Shown: positions 1-12,967 of the stretch, piece by piece
Numbering within the stretch: position 1 is the first letter of the stretch
Layout of the letters: each line of letters opens with the position of its first letter
Origin: Yuukianura sp. NJ FZ-2021
Taxonomy: Eukaryota
Direction of reading: 5' to 3'
Length of the DNA: 64,000 bases
Assembly: GCA_046563655.1 (NCBI GenBank)
Contig: CM102287.1
Coordinates: 3,410,001 to 3,474,000, forward strand
The notes under the pieces: model-generated
The model's database searches: none
What the model was told of the DNA's origin: nothing
The model's input: the letters and a program-made list of their open reading frames with translations, nothing else
Made by a program: the position numbers and the translations under genes

Positions 1-839
1 ACGATTCCTGAAACTAATGGAGTCCCCCTTGTAGCCGACATGTCCTCAAACATCTTCTCCAGACCCATCGACGTCGCAAAGGTAACACGCCACTCACAAT
101 TTATTTGGAAGATTTCAAGGTCAAAATCCAAATTTTGAAAAAAGTTGAATGAATGTCGATCATTTCGCAGAAAATATGGAGAAAGATGGTTGACCTTTGA
201 CCTTGTTTTAGTTTGGAGTGATTTTCGGTGGAGCTCAGAAGAACATTGGGCCGTCGGGAGTGACGATCGTGATCATTCGTGAGGATTTGATGGGTAATGC
301 CCTCAAGTACACTCCAACAGTCTTTGACTTTGCCACCATCGCCAAGGACAACTCACTCTACAACACGCCACCAAGCTTCGCGTAAGTTGACCCCACAAAT
401 GACCTCGGTTGACCCCAACTCTGGGAAAGTTGTTTCAAATGTGTTTGAATGCAGGATCTACGCGATGAACCTCGTGTTTGACTGGATCCTTGCTAACGGA
501 GGTGTTGAGGAGATGGAGAGTCGTGCGTTGAAGAAGAGCAGTTTGCTGTACGAGACGATGGACAGTTCGAATGGCTTCTACATAAACAGTGTCTCCCCAG
601 AGTGTCGGAGTCGCATGAACGTTGTGTTCCGAATCAAGAATTGTGAGGAGCTGGAGAGTGCCTTTGTGAAGGAGGCCAAGGCCCAAGGGCTCCTGGGACT
701 CAAGGGCCATCGCTCAGTCGGAGGCATAAGGGCCTCCATCTACAACGCAGTTCTGCCACAGCATGTCCAGAGATTGGTCGATTTCATGATCAAGTTCCAG
801 CAAAAACATCAAAGTGAAAAAGGAACCGAAACGTTGTAA
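1..839 (+). CDS. PSAT1: Phosphoserine aminotransferase, 3' part (5' end outside window); exons <1-81, 212-381, 455-839
   Basis: Spliced translation gives [36 protein letters not shown] (PLP lysine), [18 protein letters not shown] and [21 protein letters not shown] introns keep frame. Confidence 0.96.
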
Positions 840-1374
840 ACGTCAAGGTTTAAAAAACGCCGCCATTGAATCTTCATTATTCATCAATTTTTAAAATATT
901 CCGAAGATTCCGTTTTATTTAAATTTAATTTATATTTTAAAACTAATTATACCTGTACAATTAAGTTTAAAGTCATCAATAAAATTCTGATACCCCCGAA
1001 ACTGTTGTCCAAAATTTTTGGCGGGCAACTTTCTCCTTTGCTTTCTTTTCAAATTTTTGGCAAAAAGAAAGGATGAGCAACGCCTAGATTTTCTCTTTTT
1101 GCTTTCTCCTCGGGTAGCGTCGAGAGAAATTTCAGCGATTTCGAAAACTTCAAAATTCAAACTGAGGTCAAAGTTCATCAAAGTCAAAGTTCATAATATT
1201 TCCGTGATCTCCACATTTACAAACTACCGTGACCTTCCTAGTGACCTCGGACTTTGTGGAAACTTTTAAGTTCAAAAGGAATAACTTAGAAGCCAATTTA
1301 AAAAAAATATTGAATTCCTGTAGGTCAACTAATTTTAAATGTCAGTTAATTTGTTGTTCCATCTTCGAAAAACT

Positions 1375-1447
1375 TACGTGTTCTTACGTAATCCCGTCTT
1401 ACGTGTCTGACGTGTAACGTATTTTACGTGTAACGTGTTTCACGTGT
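1375..1447. promoter_or_regulatory. Dense cluster of ACGT-core motifs (TTACGTG, TTACGTAA, TGACGTG, CACGTG) upstream of the Ly6-like gene
   Basis: About eight ACGT cores in ~70 nt of AT-rich DNA; regulatory role is inferred only. Confidence 0.35.
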
Positions 1448-1692
1448 TTTCTTGACAGGTGACGAAGATGAAGGGGTAAGCCTTAACTGGGTCAGTAGGT
1501 CACAGTCTCCTCCTTGCCACAACTCACAACACAGCAACCATTTACTTCATCACAACTTATAACTTCACAAACTGCAACAACTTTTCAAAATTTTAGATTT
1601 TTAAACAATGTCTAAAAATGACACGTTTCAAAATAGGATTCCACTTTATAAAAAAATTAACATTCAAAAAATAGTTTAGAACAAAATCAAGA

Positions 1693-2487
1693 ATGCCGAG
1701 AGCAGAATCGTTTCAGCTCTTGTTCTTCCTCATGTCAGCAATACTTGCCAGGACTTCATCAGTACAAGGTAAGTAGCCTCAATTCACCAAGGTCAATGAC
1801 CTCACCGTGACCTCAATTGAATCACGAAGTTCAATGACCTCGTGACCTCTCTTTTTTTCAGCGTTGTCGTGCTACCAATGTCTTCAACTACCTTGTGAGT
1901 CCTCCTCACTTTGTCACTCCATCAAGCTGTCCATGTCCAACATTTTCTTTGCGCGCCGAAACCACTTGGAGTTCAACCCGAACGTGACATGCCCTTCGGC
2001 TCCATTCGGAAACACGACGACTTGGAGTCCATATAGTCACGAATGTCGCAAAAGCGACTCCGTCTGTCTCCAGGCCAAAGTGGAAGTGGTCACATCATTT
2101 TCTGGCCTAAGGGACTCCTTGGCCCTGGATCCAATGTCGGACACTTCGAGCAAGGGGTACTTAAGGGCCTGTGCCAGTCGTCGCTTCTTGTTGAGCCTCA
2201 GTGAACCAACGCTGGAGGTCAAAGATCAAGAAGCCAATTTGACCTTGGCTGGGTTACGTGACGACCAAACTTCCGCGGACAAATTCTCGGCGGACAAATT
2301 GACCTTGACGGAAATATTCTTCCACCACTTCTACATGGACCATGGAACAGACGACGCAGTAAAGTGTATCCGAGACAACTGTAATGCAAAAGACCCACCA
2401 CCGGAGAATGGTGGCTCAGAAAAGCCCCACCAGGCCCCACCAAAACTTGTTCTCATTGTTCTCAGTTTGTGTTTCTTTAACCTGTAG
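1693..2487 (+). CDS. Ly6/three-finger (quiver/sleepless-like) secreted, probably GPI-anchored protein; exons 1693-1768, 1862-2487
   Basis: Signal-peptide exon MPRAESFQLLFFLMSAILARTSSVQ, phase-1 intron, then LSCYQC...C...RACA...CIRDNCN and a hydrophobic C-terminus (LVLIVLSLCFFNL). Confidence 0.75.
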
Positions 2488-3093
2488 CAAATAAAATAGG
2501 GATTTAAATTTAAATTAGATTCAGATTTAAATTAAATTAGATTCAAGAGAATTAAATTTTTAATTATAATTCCAAATCCAAAAAATAAATTGTCACAAAC
2601 ATCAAAATGTTTTAACTTTTTTAAAAAAATTCAAGCACATTGCTTTAGCGTGCGTAGCAGACTTAAATTTTGAAAGTAATTCTGAGGTGTAATCTAGCAT
2701 TTTTAACACCAATAATTTTAAAAGTGAGTATTTAGCACCAAGGGCTAAGACTTTTGGCATTTCTTGTACATTTTTTGAAAACTCTGGACATATTCGTATG
2801 CTTTTTTTGTATTTTGAAAAGAAGGCTTTTAAAAGTCCATTTCGTTTCGGCATGAAAGATTTCTGGAATCACGCAAATCCTGGACAAAGTGTCACGCAAG
2901 TGACATTCACAAATTCAAATCCAAGTTGTCTAGAAGTCGTACCGTGTCAAGTATTCTGTAAAGTGAGCTAAAACTCTAACGAAGACTAGTAAGGCAAAGC
3001 TAATTGAAGGGCTGCAGAACTGCAGAGTTAATTAAGTTCAAGATTAAGCAAATCCTGGCTTGATTGTAGTTGTATTTTTCGATTGATCTTCAC

Positions 3094-3958
3094 TTAGCTC
3101 CATGCCTGCCCGACTCTTCTGAACACCCAGCTCTCCAGGTCACGCCCCTCCGTTCCAGTGCTCACATCAACTGATCCATACAGTTTAAATCCAAGTCCAC
3201 GCAGATTGGCCAGTATCTGATTGAGTAACATCCGAGATCGAACTGCCTGGGATCCATCAGGCCACCATGGACAGCCTTCCAGCTTAAACTCAAAGGCTCC
3301 ATGATAATCCTTCTCCTTCTGGATTCGACCATTCCATTGAGTAGTAATTGCTTCTCGGACGTACGGAACGACGTTCGGTGCTCCGATTACCCTTATACGG
3401 TCACCCATGTTGAAACTAAGGCCGAATCTACCAAAAACATAACAACAATTAACGTATCAACGTAATAAAAACGTTTTGTCACGTCATGGTTCGCTTACAT
3501 CTGGACTTCTGGATCTGGATGGCCGTTTTCGAAGAAAAGTGTATCCTTATCTCCTGGTTTCTTGCTCACATCAGCTGATTGAATCAAGTTCCAGCCGTGA
3601 CGGGCCATCGTCGCTAGCACGGCGTTCAGCAGTGTCCGAGCAGTGACCGCCTCAGAACCGTTGCCCAACCAAGGATTTCCAACCAGCTACAACAAGTAAT
3701 CAATCAATTAAAAGACACAATAATGGTAAGTTTTTCTAAACTTTTTAGAGCAAAACGTTTTTGCTACGCTCTAACCTTGAACTCATGTGTTCCATGGTAC
3801 TCTCGTTCGTCTTGAATGTTGCCCCAGCTTCGCTGAATGGCCTCTCGGAGGTCAGAGGTCAAGTTCGTCGGAACTCCAACCAATCGGATTCTGTCTGTCA
3901 TGTTCAAAGAAATTGAACATACCTGGATAGAGCCACTGGAGGCAGCGTTGTAGTTCAT
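3094..3958 (-). CDS. Unknown-function protein with two internal repeats, copy 1; exons ~3958-3776, ~3687-3498, ~3428-3094
   Basis: Splices in frame; repeat motif DRIRxxG.P...W..IQ.E..YHG..EFKL.G.PW...G..AV..R.LL occurs twice; close paralog next door. Confidence 0.85.
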
Positions 3959-4481
3959 CCTTGTTTTAAAAAACTGTTCAGCTAAACTTTAAAATAACTT
4001 TTATAAAAAGTAAAAACACATTGCAAATTCCACGCAATCTTTGTCCATTCGACTGATCCGCTTCCAGAAACTTTTGGATCAAAAACTTATCTCTTGTGAT
4101 TTTCCTTATGTACTAAAGTACAAGAGGAAAACAAACCTCCGGAATCTCCCGAATTTTTTGTAAACACAAAAACACATAGCTTTTTTGTGTTTGCAAAAAA
4201 AAAATGTTTTCAAAATTTTTATCAAAGTTAGATAAAGTGGAACAAAAAAAATTGCAAAAAATGCACTACACTTGAGATGCAATGCAAATCAATGAACGTT
4301 TTTTACAATGTTATTTTCTGTAATCTTGTTTAAAGCTGAAGAGTTTGTTTTCGAAAAATAAACGTATTGTTAGATAATACTCGCAAGTTAAGGCTTATGT
4401 GCAACAAAAGGTCAAAGGTCACAGCTGAGTTAGGGTAGGTTAGTTGCGATTAATACGTTTTTTGTTTTGAAACTGTCGTTT

Positions 4482-5297
4482 TTAAGACCATATTGGCGTA
4501 ACTTTTCTAAATACCCAAGTCTCCAGGTCCGTGTCACCGTGTTTTGAACTGGAGTGTCTTTGTCCAACAGTTATGTCAGCCGAAGCGTACAACTTGTACC
4601 CAAGTGCTCGAATATTGGCCAGTACTTGGTTAAGCAGTATCCGAGACGACACTGCTTCAAATCCATCAGCCCACCACGGATTTCCTTCCAGCTTGAACTC
4701 TTGTGCTCCGTAGTACTGGCTCTCTTCCTGGATTTTTCCGCACCAACTAGTTTGGATCGCCTGTTTAACGACGTCGTGCACACTCGGAACAGTATTTGGT
4801 GCTCCAATGATCCGAATTCGGTCGGTTCTGTTGAAACTGACTCCGAACATGAATGCATTGGGGTCTGGTTCTCCTTTTTCGAAAAACAGAGTGTCCTTGT
4901 CCCCGGGTTTTCTGCTGATGTCAACCGACTGAATGACGTTCCAACCATAACTGGCCATTGTATACAAGACAGCATTTAGAAGACGACGAGCATTCACAGA
5001 TTCACGACCTTGACCGGACCAGGGGTTTCCTAAAAGCTAAAACAAAATTCATATTTTTCATTTTTGAAAAATTTTGAAAAAATAATCGAATTTATTTCTG
5101 AAGTTTGTGAAACATACCTTGAATTCATGCGTTCCGTAGTGCTCTCGTTCATCTTGAATGGCTCCCCATGCGGACTGAATGGCTTCGCGAATTGCAGAGG
5201 TCAAGGACGTTGGCACTCCGATTAACCGAATCCTGTCAGTCATGTTCAAAGAAATTGAACAAACTTGGATTGCACCACTGGTTGACGGATGGTTCAT
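4482..5297 (-). CDS. Unknown-function protein with two internal repeats, copy 2; exons 5297-5118, ~5036-4482
   Basis: Highly similar to copy 1 (IQVCSISLNMTDRIRL, KPGDKDTLFFE, EFKLEGNPWW); lacks copy 1's second intron. Confidence 0.85.
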
Positions 5298-5993
5298 CTT
5301 GTACCTCGGTAAATCTCAATTTCTGAAATAAAAAAAATGTAAAAGGTACAAAGTTAATTAGTAAAAACTAACGTTTAAAGTTTTGATAAAGTGAATCTGT
5401 TGCGTGTTTATATTATATGCGTAGACTGACCTTTTGAATCTTCTTCTTTTGGTTCTTTTGTGTTGGTTTACGCCTAACCCAGAGGACGCAAAAGTGCGTT
5501 TGGATCTTGCACTTTATTTGCAGATCTTCATTTGCTGAACAATACCAATGTCATTTTCAATTTTAAAATTTTCAGAATCTTTTCGTTGAAATTCATTTCC
5601 GTTTTCGCATTGAACAGCAAAATGAAAAACGTCATCAGTAGAAACAGAATTCTTGAATTTCTTCAATTAGAATTAATCAATTAATTGAAAGCATAATTAA
5701 TTATTATGCTTTTTCTCTGTGTGTTGTTTACTTGCTCAGCTCATTTGCTTCTGTTGCGTCGTGAGGACTTTCCAAGAACGCCGTTTTCTAGACATGAACT
5801 TCCACTTTAAATCTTCAAAGATTTCAGCAGAGTTTTTAGAAAAATTACTATTGCGCTGAAAATTGGGAATTTATTCTGCGTGATTTGGATTTGACTCCGG
5901 TAAACCACAACAAAATCAAAACCGCACACATTCCTTTTCTTTATGAAAAGACAATTAATTAGTTAGTTAATTCGTAAAGTTAATTGAGATTGC

Positions 5994-7196
5994 CTAACTT
6001 ATCGTTAGTTTGAACGGTTCCATCTGCGTGTTTAGGAAACCAAATTCCCGTAATACGAAATACTGCAACAAAAAATTAAAATAATGAAAGTTAAAGCTTG
6101 TTCAAATTTTTTCAAAACGCTGAATTTTTTTTTAAACGAACACTTCGAATCTTACCTTTCCAGCGACGACAAGATTGGCTTCTACATTAAATGGTCGAAG
6201 TCCAGCCGTTTCCAATTTTTCCCACCACTCTCCCACATTGGTCAGCCAATCACGTTTCCTGAATTTCCCAATTTTCCCTTTCTCAAGATGGAGTTCAATC
6301 TGGAGTTGCGCAAAGGGAAGTTTTTCTGGAAAATCGTTCAAGATCGTCGGCATTGCTTCCCACTCAGCCCCTTCTACGTCCATTTTGAGCACATCGAGCT
6401 TAGTGACCTTGAGATCCTCCATGATAGATTTGAGTGTGCTGTAGTTGCCGACGTTTGTGCCTGAAATTCCGAGGAAGTGGAAGAATGCTCTGCCAGGGTA
6501 CTTCCGGACAACATCAGGCACGCTGTGAATCGTTGGGTCAAACATGTGAACGATACAGCTTTGGGTTCTGTGTAGAAATTCGTCTTCAAAGGAAGTGTCA
6601 CCGCCGACTCCAAAGGAAAACACGGTACAGTCTGGCTTTGTTTCGAGCAGATCAAACCCGCAAATCCATTTCCCGCCGTCACCAACTCTGCCAATTCGTT
6701 CTTTGGTAAAGGGACAGTCGAAACTCGGGTAGAAAAAGTCCCAGATTGTTTGTCGTTTTCGACGGTCGATATCGCGGGACAGTCGAACCTTGTGGATAAC
6801 CAGTTTCCGACGTTCCTGAGATCGAATCCAGTTGGCTTCAGATGCTTTCAGTTGACTTTCAACGCTGTACACGTATGGTTCAGTGTACAAGTGACGTGGG
6901 CCGTTCTTTTCGTTCTTCAGACGTTCCGGAACAGTTGGACGTTGAATACAGTCGAAATCGGAATCAGATTCCTTCAGCTGGAATTCCCCCTTGCACGCTC
7001 CTATGTAAACGTGAAGTACTAATGTTAATTAATGAATGTAAAGTAATGATACATGTATGTAAATGCAAAACTGATTACCTGGGTTAACGCCCGTGTTACC
7101 GTCTGAAGTTCCACACGTGAAAATGAGCAGTGTAACGACACTGGCCAGCACTCGAACGTTTCTCCGTGACGTGTACACCGACGAGGTGACCCCCAT
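5994..7196 (-). CDS. METTL24-like (Methyltransf_22/FkbM-like) methyltransferase, copy 1; exons 7196-7079, ~7000-6156, ~6063-5994
   Basis: CPFTKERIGRVGDGGKWICG, CTVFSFGV...SFE, VHMFDP, LDVLKMDVEGAEW and QLQIELH motifs; N-terminal hydrophobic anchor exon. Confidence 0.88.
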
Positions 7197-7974
7197 TTCC
7201 TGGCCTTAATCAATCATTGTTTATTCAATTACTTTTAAATTTTCATCGGAAATGTTTGATTTGAAGTCTTACCTTGTTGAGCAAAGGAATCGCAAATCGG
7301 TTTGAGAACGTTTTTTCTGTTCAAAATCGGTGATGGAATAAACGGACAAGACGTCGCCTCTATATGTACCGTTCACTTCTACCTTCTGGATTACACAGCA
7401 GAACTATAATTAACATTGTTAATTCACTTGAATTAATAACTTAATTAGTGGACATGTGCGGTGGACGTGGAACAGACCTTGGAAGTTGGGGCTGGAACTT
7501 CTCCAACTCTTAGAAAAGATGAATGAACTTAAGTCCCCACAGCGCAAGCAATGCAAAATAAAATACTGACTAATTTTTGGACACAGAAGCGGCAGACGTT
7601 CATGTCAATTTGTACTTGCGGTCCATCAGCAAGATTGATGATTATGAAATGGTAAGTGCAAGCTCATACAGGCGTTTAAGCACTGTTTTAACTTAAACTG
7701 TGTTTAAGCATCCATCAACACTAGCTCAACTGCACAATTCAAAATTCAAGATGACGATGACGTGAATTTTTAGAAAAACTACTTAATTTGCTGGTTGATT
7801 TATAATCTCTGAAGTAAAATTTTGAAAATTACGGAAAATTTATTACGAGCTAAACAATTACAGTGAGGATTTGAGCGAGTTCGATAAACCACAAAAATCA
7901 AAACCTCATTTATTATTTTTTTTTAAAGAAAATAATTAATTAGTTAATGCGAACAGTTAATGGAGATTACATAC

Positions 7975-9273
7975 CTAACTTAATTTAAACGGTGCCATCT
8001 GAGTGTTTAGAAAACCAAATTCCCGGAATATGAAATACTGCAAGAGAAAAAAACAACTGAAAGTTTGTGCAACTTGTTATTTCTCAAAACGTTTTATGAG
8101 TTTTATGAAACGAAACTTCGAATCTTACCAGTCCAGCGTTGAGAAGATTAGCTTCTTCAATAAATGGTCGAAGTCCAGCCGTTTCCAATTTTTCCCACCA
8201 CTCTCCTACTTTTGTCAGCCAATCAGATTTGTTGAATTTCCCAAGATGGACTTCAATCTGGAGTTGCGCAAAGGGAAGTTTTTCTGGAAAATCGTTTAGG
8301 ATCGCCGGCATTGCTTCCCACTCAGCCCCTTCTACGTCCATTTTGAGTACATCGAGCTTTGTGACCTTGAGATCCTCCATGATAGATTTGAGTGTGCTGT
8401 AGTTGCCGACGTTTGTGCCTGAAATTCCAAGGAAGTGGAAGAATGCTCTGCCGGGATACTTCTGGACGACATCAGGCACCCTGCGAATCGTTGGGTCAAA
8501 CATGTGAACGATACAGCTTTGGGTTCTGCTTAGAAATTCGTCTTCAAAGGAAGTGTCGCCGCTGACTCCGAAGGAAAACACGGTACAGTCGGGCTTTGTT
8601 TCGAGCAAATCAAACCCGCAAATCCATTTCCCGCCGTCACCAACTCTGCCAATCCGTTCTTTGGTAAAAGGACAGTCGAAACTCGGGTAGAAAAAGTCCC
8701 AGATGATTTGTAGTTGAGGGCGGTCGACACCGTCGGTCAATTGAACGTCCTCGATGGCCAGTTTCCGACGTTCCTGAGATCGAATCCAGTTGGCTTCAGA
8801 TGCTTTCAGTTGACTTTCAACGCTGTACACGTACGGTTGAGTAGCCAAGTCACGACGGGGTCCGTTGTTGTCGTTCTTCGGACGTTCCGGAACGGTTGAC
8901 CGTTGAATCCAGTTGAAATCGGTTTCGGAATTGGAATTGGATTCCTTCAGCTGAAACTCCCCACTGTACACGGCTGTGACAAAAAAATACGAATTTTAGA
9001 ATATTCATAACCTTTATGATTAGCATGCCGAAGAAGATGTAAATCGTTAACAGCGGTCTTACAAACACAATTTTATGCAAGTTACGTAAAGCAATGCGTT
9101 TACTGTAAATGTAATGCACAAAACTAATTACCTGGTGTAACACCCGTGTTACCATCAGAAAAATATCTGAAGTTAAACGAAGAAGTTGCCCACATAAAAA
9201 TGAGCAGTGTACAGACACTGGCCAGCAACAGAACGTTTTTCCGTGACGTGTAGACCGGCGAGGGAGTCCCCAT
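7975..9273 (-). CDS. METTL24-like methyltransferase, copy 2 (recent tandem duplicate of copy 1); 3 coding exons
   Basis: Core near-identical to copy 1; flanks and 3' intron also duplicated; anchor VLLLASVCTLLIFMWA. Confidence 0.88.
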
Positions 9274-9991
9274 TTCCTGACCCCAATCAATTACTAATTA
9301 CTTAAGCTTAATTACTTTGTCAATTACACTTTTACACGAAATTGGTGCGATTTGAAGTCAAACGTTACTGAATTCAAAAGAAGAAGCACAGTTGAACGTT
9401 GTTGTTCCTTCCCAATCGTCAGCAAATAAACAACCAGACATCGGCAATTTATAGACCGTTCACTTCTACTGTTCCACGAGCACCAATTGTTTAAATTTAA
9501 GCTGCTTTGTGCATGATTACACAGAACTGTAATTATATTATTGTTAATTAAGTTTCCGTGAAACTTAATTAATGGAAAGGTGGAACAGACCTTGGAAGTT
9601 GGATCTAGAATGGAACTGCGGTTGTGTTGTGGTCAACTCTCATAGAACAATAGATAAATTTAGGTCTCCAAGCATAAACAAACATAGGCATAATAGTTCC
9701 CTCCGGGTAAGAAACGCGCTATAAAAAGCCTTATTATTTCCTAGAAACACTTTATCTAAAAAAAAAGGAATTAAAAAAGAGACTAACAAGGTACTTTTAC
9801 CACTTCCTTTTCTTAAGTTCCAATAAGTTGTAAGTGTATGGTCTTTTTTATCAATGATTTACTAAAACCAGTTTTTATAACAAATTTTTATCAAAGTTTT
9901 ATGAAAAACTGAAGAATTTACTAATTCAGAACAGGGTTAAATTTAATTCAGAACAAGGTTATGAAGGATCAATCAGCGATTTTTTAGAAAA

Positions 9992-11047
9992 TTATTTTAA
10001 CTTGAATGGATCCACTTTGATATTTAAAAAAGCGAGCTCACGAAACATGAAAGGCGTCCACAACAAATTCGGTTCTTCGAAAAATTGGCGTAAACCGGCA
10101 AGTTCTAAATTCCGGTACCACGAACCCAAAATCCGCAACCATTCCGTAGAATTTTGGAACTTGTCAAGGTGTACTTCGACTTGGAGTTGGGCAAACGGGA
10201 GTTTTTGAGGAAAATCTTGTACGATTCGGCGCATTGCGTTCCATTCTGCCCCTTCGACATCCATTTTTAGTACATCCAGTTCGGTCACTTCCAGTTCCGC
10301 CATGATGGCTTCTAAAGTGCCGAACTCCGGTTCGTCTTCCGTACCGGATCCGATTCCTTGAAAGTGGAAAAAAGCTCTGTCGGGGTATCGCTCGACTAAC
10401 GACGGTACATTGGTGATTGTCGGGTCAAACATGTGCAGAACGCAGTGTTTCGTTCTGCGCAGAAACTCTTCTTCAAATGACGTTTCATCTTGTATGCCAA
10501 AAGAGAATACGGTGCACTTGACCTTTGACACTAACAGGTCAAATCCACAAATCCATTTCCCGCCATCACCGACTCTTCCTATACGCTCTTTGGTGTAGGG
10601 ACAATCGAAATTGGGATAGAAAAAATCCCAGATCCGTGTTTCTGTACGCTCAAGGTCATCAGTGATGTGGATACGCTTTAGGACTGCTTTCCGACGGACG
10701 TGGGATCGCCTCCAGTTGGCTTCAGCTTTTTTTAATCGCTTTTTTACTTCTGCGTCTGTGCAATTAGTTGGGGGAGGAGTTACCGAACTGGAATCTTTTG
10801 GCGTTCCGATCTGGGTCCCTGAAAGGACTGGGCCTTTGAGTTCTAAAGAAAATCAGGCGTTTCGACGGTTTTACATTCGGAAAAATAGTGTTTCGACATT
10901 TTTACCTGGCGGTTCCAGAACTTTGTAGGCGAATGACGGAACGGTATGTAGTAGATTGAATGACGGCGTCCAGAAATACCAAGCGAACAATAGTATCGAA
11001 AAGCCTACAAATGCAAATGTCGACGCTTTCCACGCAGAGTGCCTCAT
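9992..11047 (-). CDS. METTL24-like methyltransferase, copy 3; exons 11047-10906, 10842-9992
   Basis: Type II anchor (AFVGFSILLFAWYF), phase-1 intron at the same position as paralogs, GDGGKWICG and KMDVEGAEW motifs. Confidence 0.88.
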
Positions 11048-11426
11048 AGTTGGACTTTTCAGAAAAATTCGTTCCAAAAAAAATTGGAATTGAGAAATTT
11101 TACTGCAAAGTTAATGAAATCACAAAAAATTCGAAAAAGTCGTTTTTATTTTGAATTTTTTGAGACTTTTCAACTTTAGTTTTTTACTCTCAACATGACA
11201 AGCTTTGTTAAATCGTTCAAAAACCTCACATTAAAATTCACTTTTTTGCAAAATTTATAACTCTGAATTAGTAATAGTCACGTCCAAAACGAAAGGGCAA
11301 GTACACCCAAACATGTTAATGAATATTTCACAACACAACATTAGTTTATTATTATTATTTTACATTAATTATTTTATATTAATTATTCTACAATAATTAA
11401 TTCAAACTTTAGCATCTTTTTTTCTC

Positions 11427-12430
11427 TTAATCTTCTAGTTTGAACGGATGTCTTTTGACATTCAAAAAACCAAGTTCACGATACATGAACCGTTCATACA
11501 ACAAGTTCGGTTCTTGAACAAATTGACGCAGTCCAGCGTTTTCTAGATTTTCAAAAAACGAATTCAACGTTCGGAACCAATCGGCTGGGTTCGGAAAACT
11601 GTCCAAGTGGACTTCGACTTGGAGCTGCGCAAACGGAAGTTTTTCTGGGAAATCTTCCAGTGTTCTGCGCATCCCTTCCCACTCAGCCCCCTCTACATCC
11701 ATTTTAAGCACATCGACACTTTTCAAATCCAGTTCCGCCATGATGGATTTCAAAGTTTTGAATTTCCCGCCATCTTCAGCCCCGATTCCAAACGGATAAA
11801 AAACTGCCCGTCCCGGGTAACGTTCAACGATACTTGGCTGCGTAGTCACCGTTGGATCAAACATATGCACTGTACAGTTTTCCGTTCTGCGCAGAATCTC
11901 CTCTTCAAATGAAGTGTCATCACGAACTCCGAATGAAAACACAGTACATTTGACCTTGGCCACTAAAAGTCCAAATCCACAAATCCATTTGCCGCCATCT
12001 CCCACTCTCCCGATTCGTTCTTTGGTATAAGGACAGTCGAAACTTGGCGGGAAAAAATCCCAAATGATCCGGGCATTAGCGTTTCCCTCGCCATCGGGTA
12101 TCTGGTTAGTGTTCAGGACTGCTTGACGTCGGTCGTGGGATCGAATCCAGTTGGCTTCGGCAGTTCGAAGATGCGTTTTCAAGTCAAAACTTTGCCCAGA
12201 ATCGACAAGATTCTCATCTACTTCTGAAGATTCCCAATCTTTTCAAAAATATATTTTTGAAAAATTAAAACAAAAAAGTTGAAAATTCGAAACTTGACGG
12301 AGTTACAACTAATTGGCTTACGGTGCTTTCTTTTACGTTGTTGAACACTCGACATGTAGGAGACTAACACAAAGCTGAATAGAAACGCCCAGATGAACAC
12401 GAGAGTTTTTTTCAAAAATAACTTACTCAT
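11427..12430 (-). CDS. METTL24-like methyltransferase, copy 4; exons 12430-12322, ~12238-11427
   Basis: Anchor TLVFIWAFLFSFVLVSY; same catalytic motifs; in-frame splice. Confidence 0.88.
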
Positions 12431-12789
12431 TCTAAATTTTTTAAAAAAGTAAACTTTTTCAAAAAACGATCAAAATTTACGGGCTGAAAATGAAAGACAT
12501 CGCAAAAGCCAATTTTCAAAAACCAAGTTATTTAGTATTTCAAAAGCAAAAACAACACAACGCTTACCCAAATCAAAGTAACGAGGGCGACATACTTTTC
12601 AAAAACAAAAAGATAATGAAAATTTTTGACAAAATTTTGAAAAATTTCTTGTTTTTGAAGTTTTGTTCTCACAAATCAAAGCGTCTCACTATCGGAACGA
12701 GATTTTTGGAAAGTGGGAAGAGAAATCTGAGTGAAAGGAGAAAGGCAAAACAGATTTTGGAATCACTTGAAGTTTGGCGGGCACGGGAG

Positions 12790-12962
12790 AAGGAAGCTTC
12801 AAAAAGTTGACCTCGTGACCTCTTAAGGAAGCTTCAAAAAGTTGACCTCGTGAACTCTTAAGGAAGCTTCAAAAAGTTGACCTCGTGACCTCTCAAGGAA
12901 GCTTCAAAAAGTTGACCTCGTGACCTCTTAAGGAAGCTTCAAAAAGTTGACCTCGTGACCTT
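12790..12962 (+). repeat. 35-bp tandem repeat, ~5 copies (AAGGAAGCTTCAAAAAGTTGACCTCGTGACCTCTT)
   Basis: Units start at 12790, 12825, 12860, 12895, 12930; array ends about 5 nt before the GABA-B-R3 ATG. Confidence 0.95.
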
Positions 12963-12967
12963 CCCCC

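Noticed and set aside
10843..10874. Possible 32-nt micro-intron in methyltransferase copy 3
   Set aside because: The donor at 10905 (CCAG|GTAAAA) gives a 63-nt phase-1 intron matching the paralogs and keeps frame; the 32-nt option does not.
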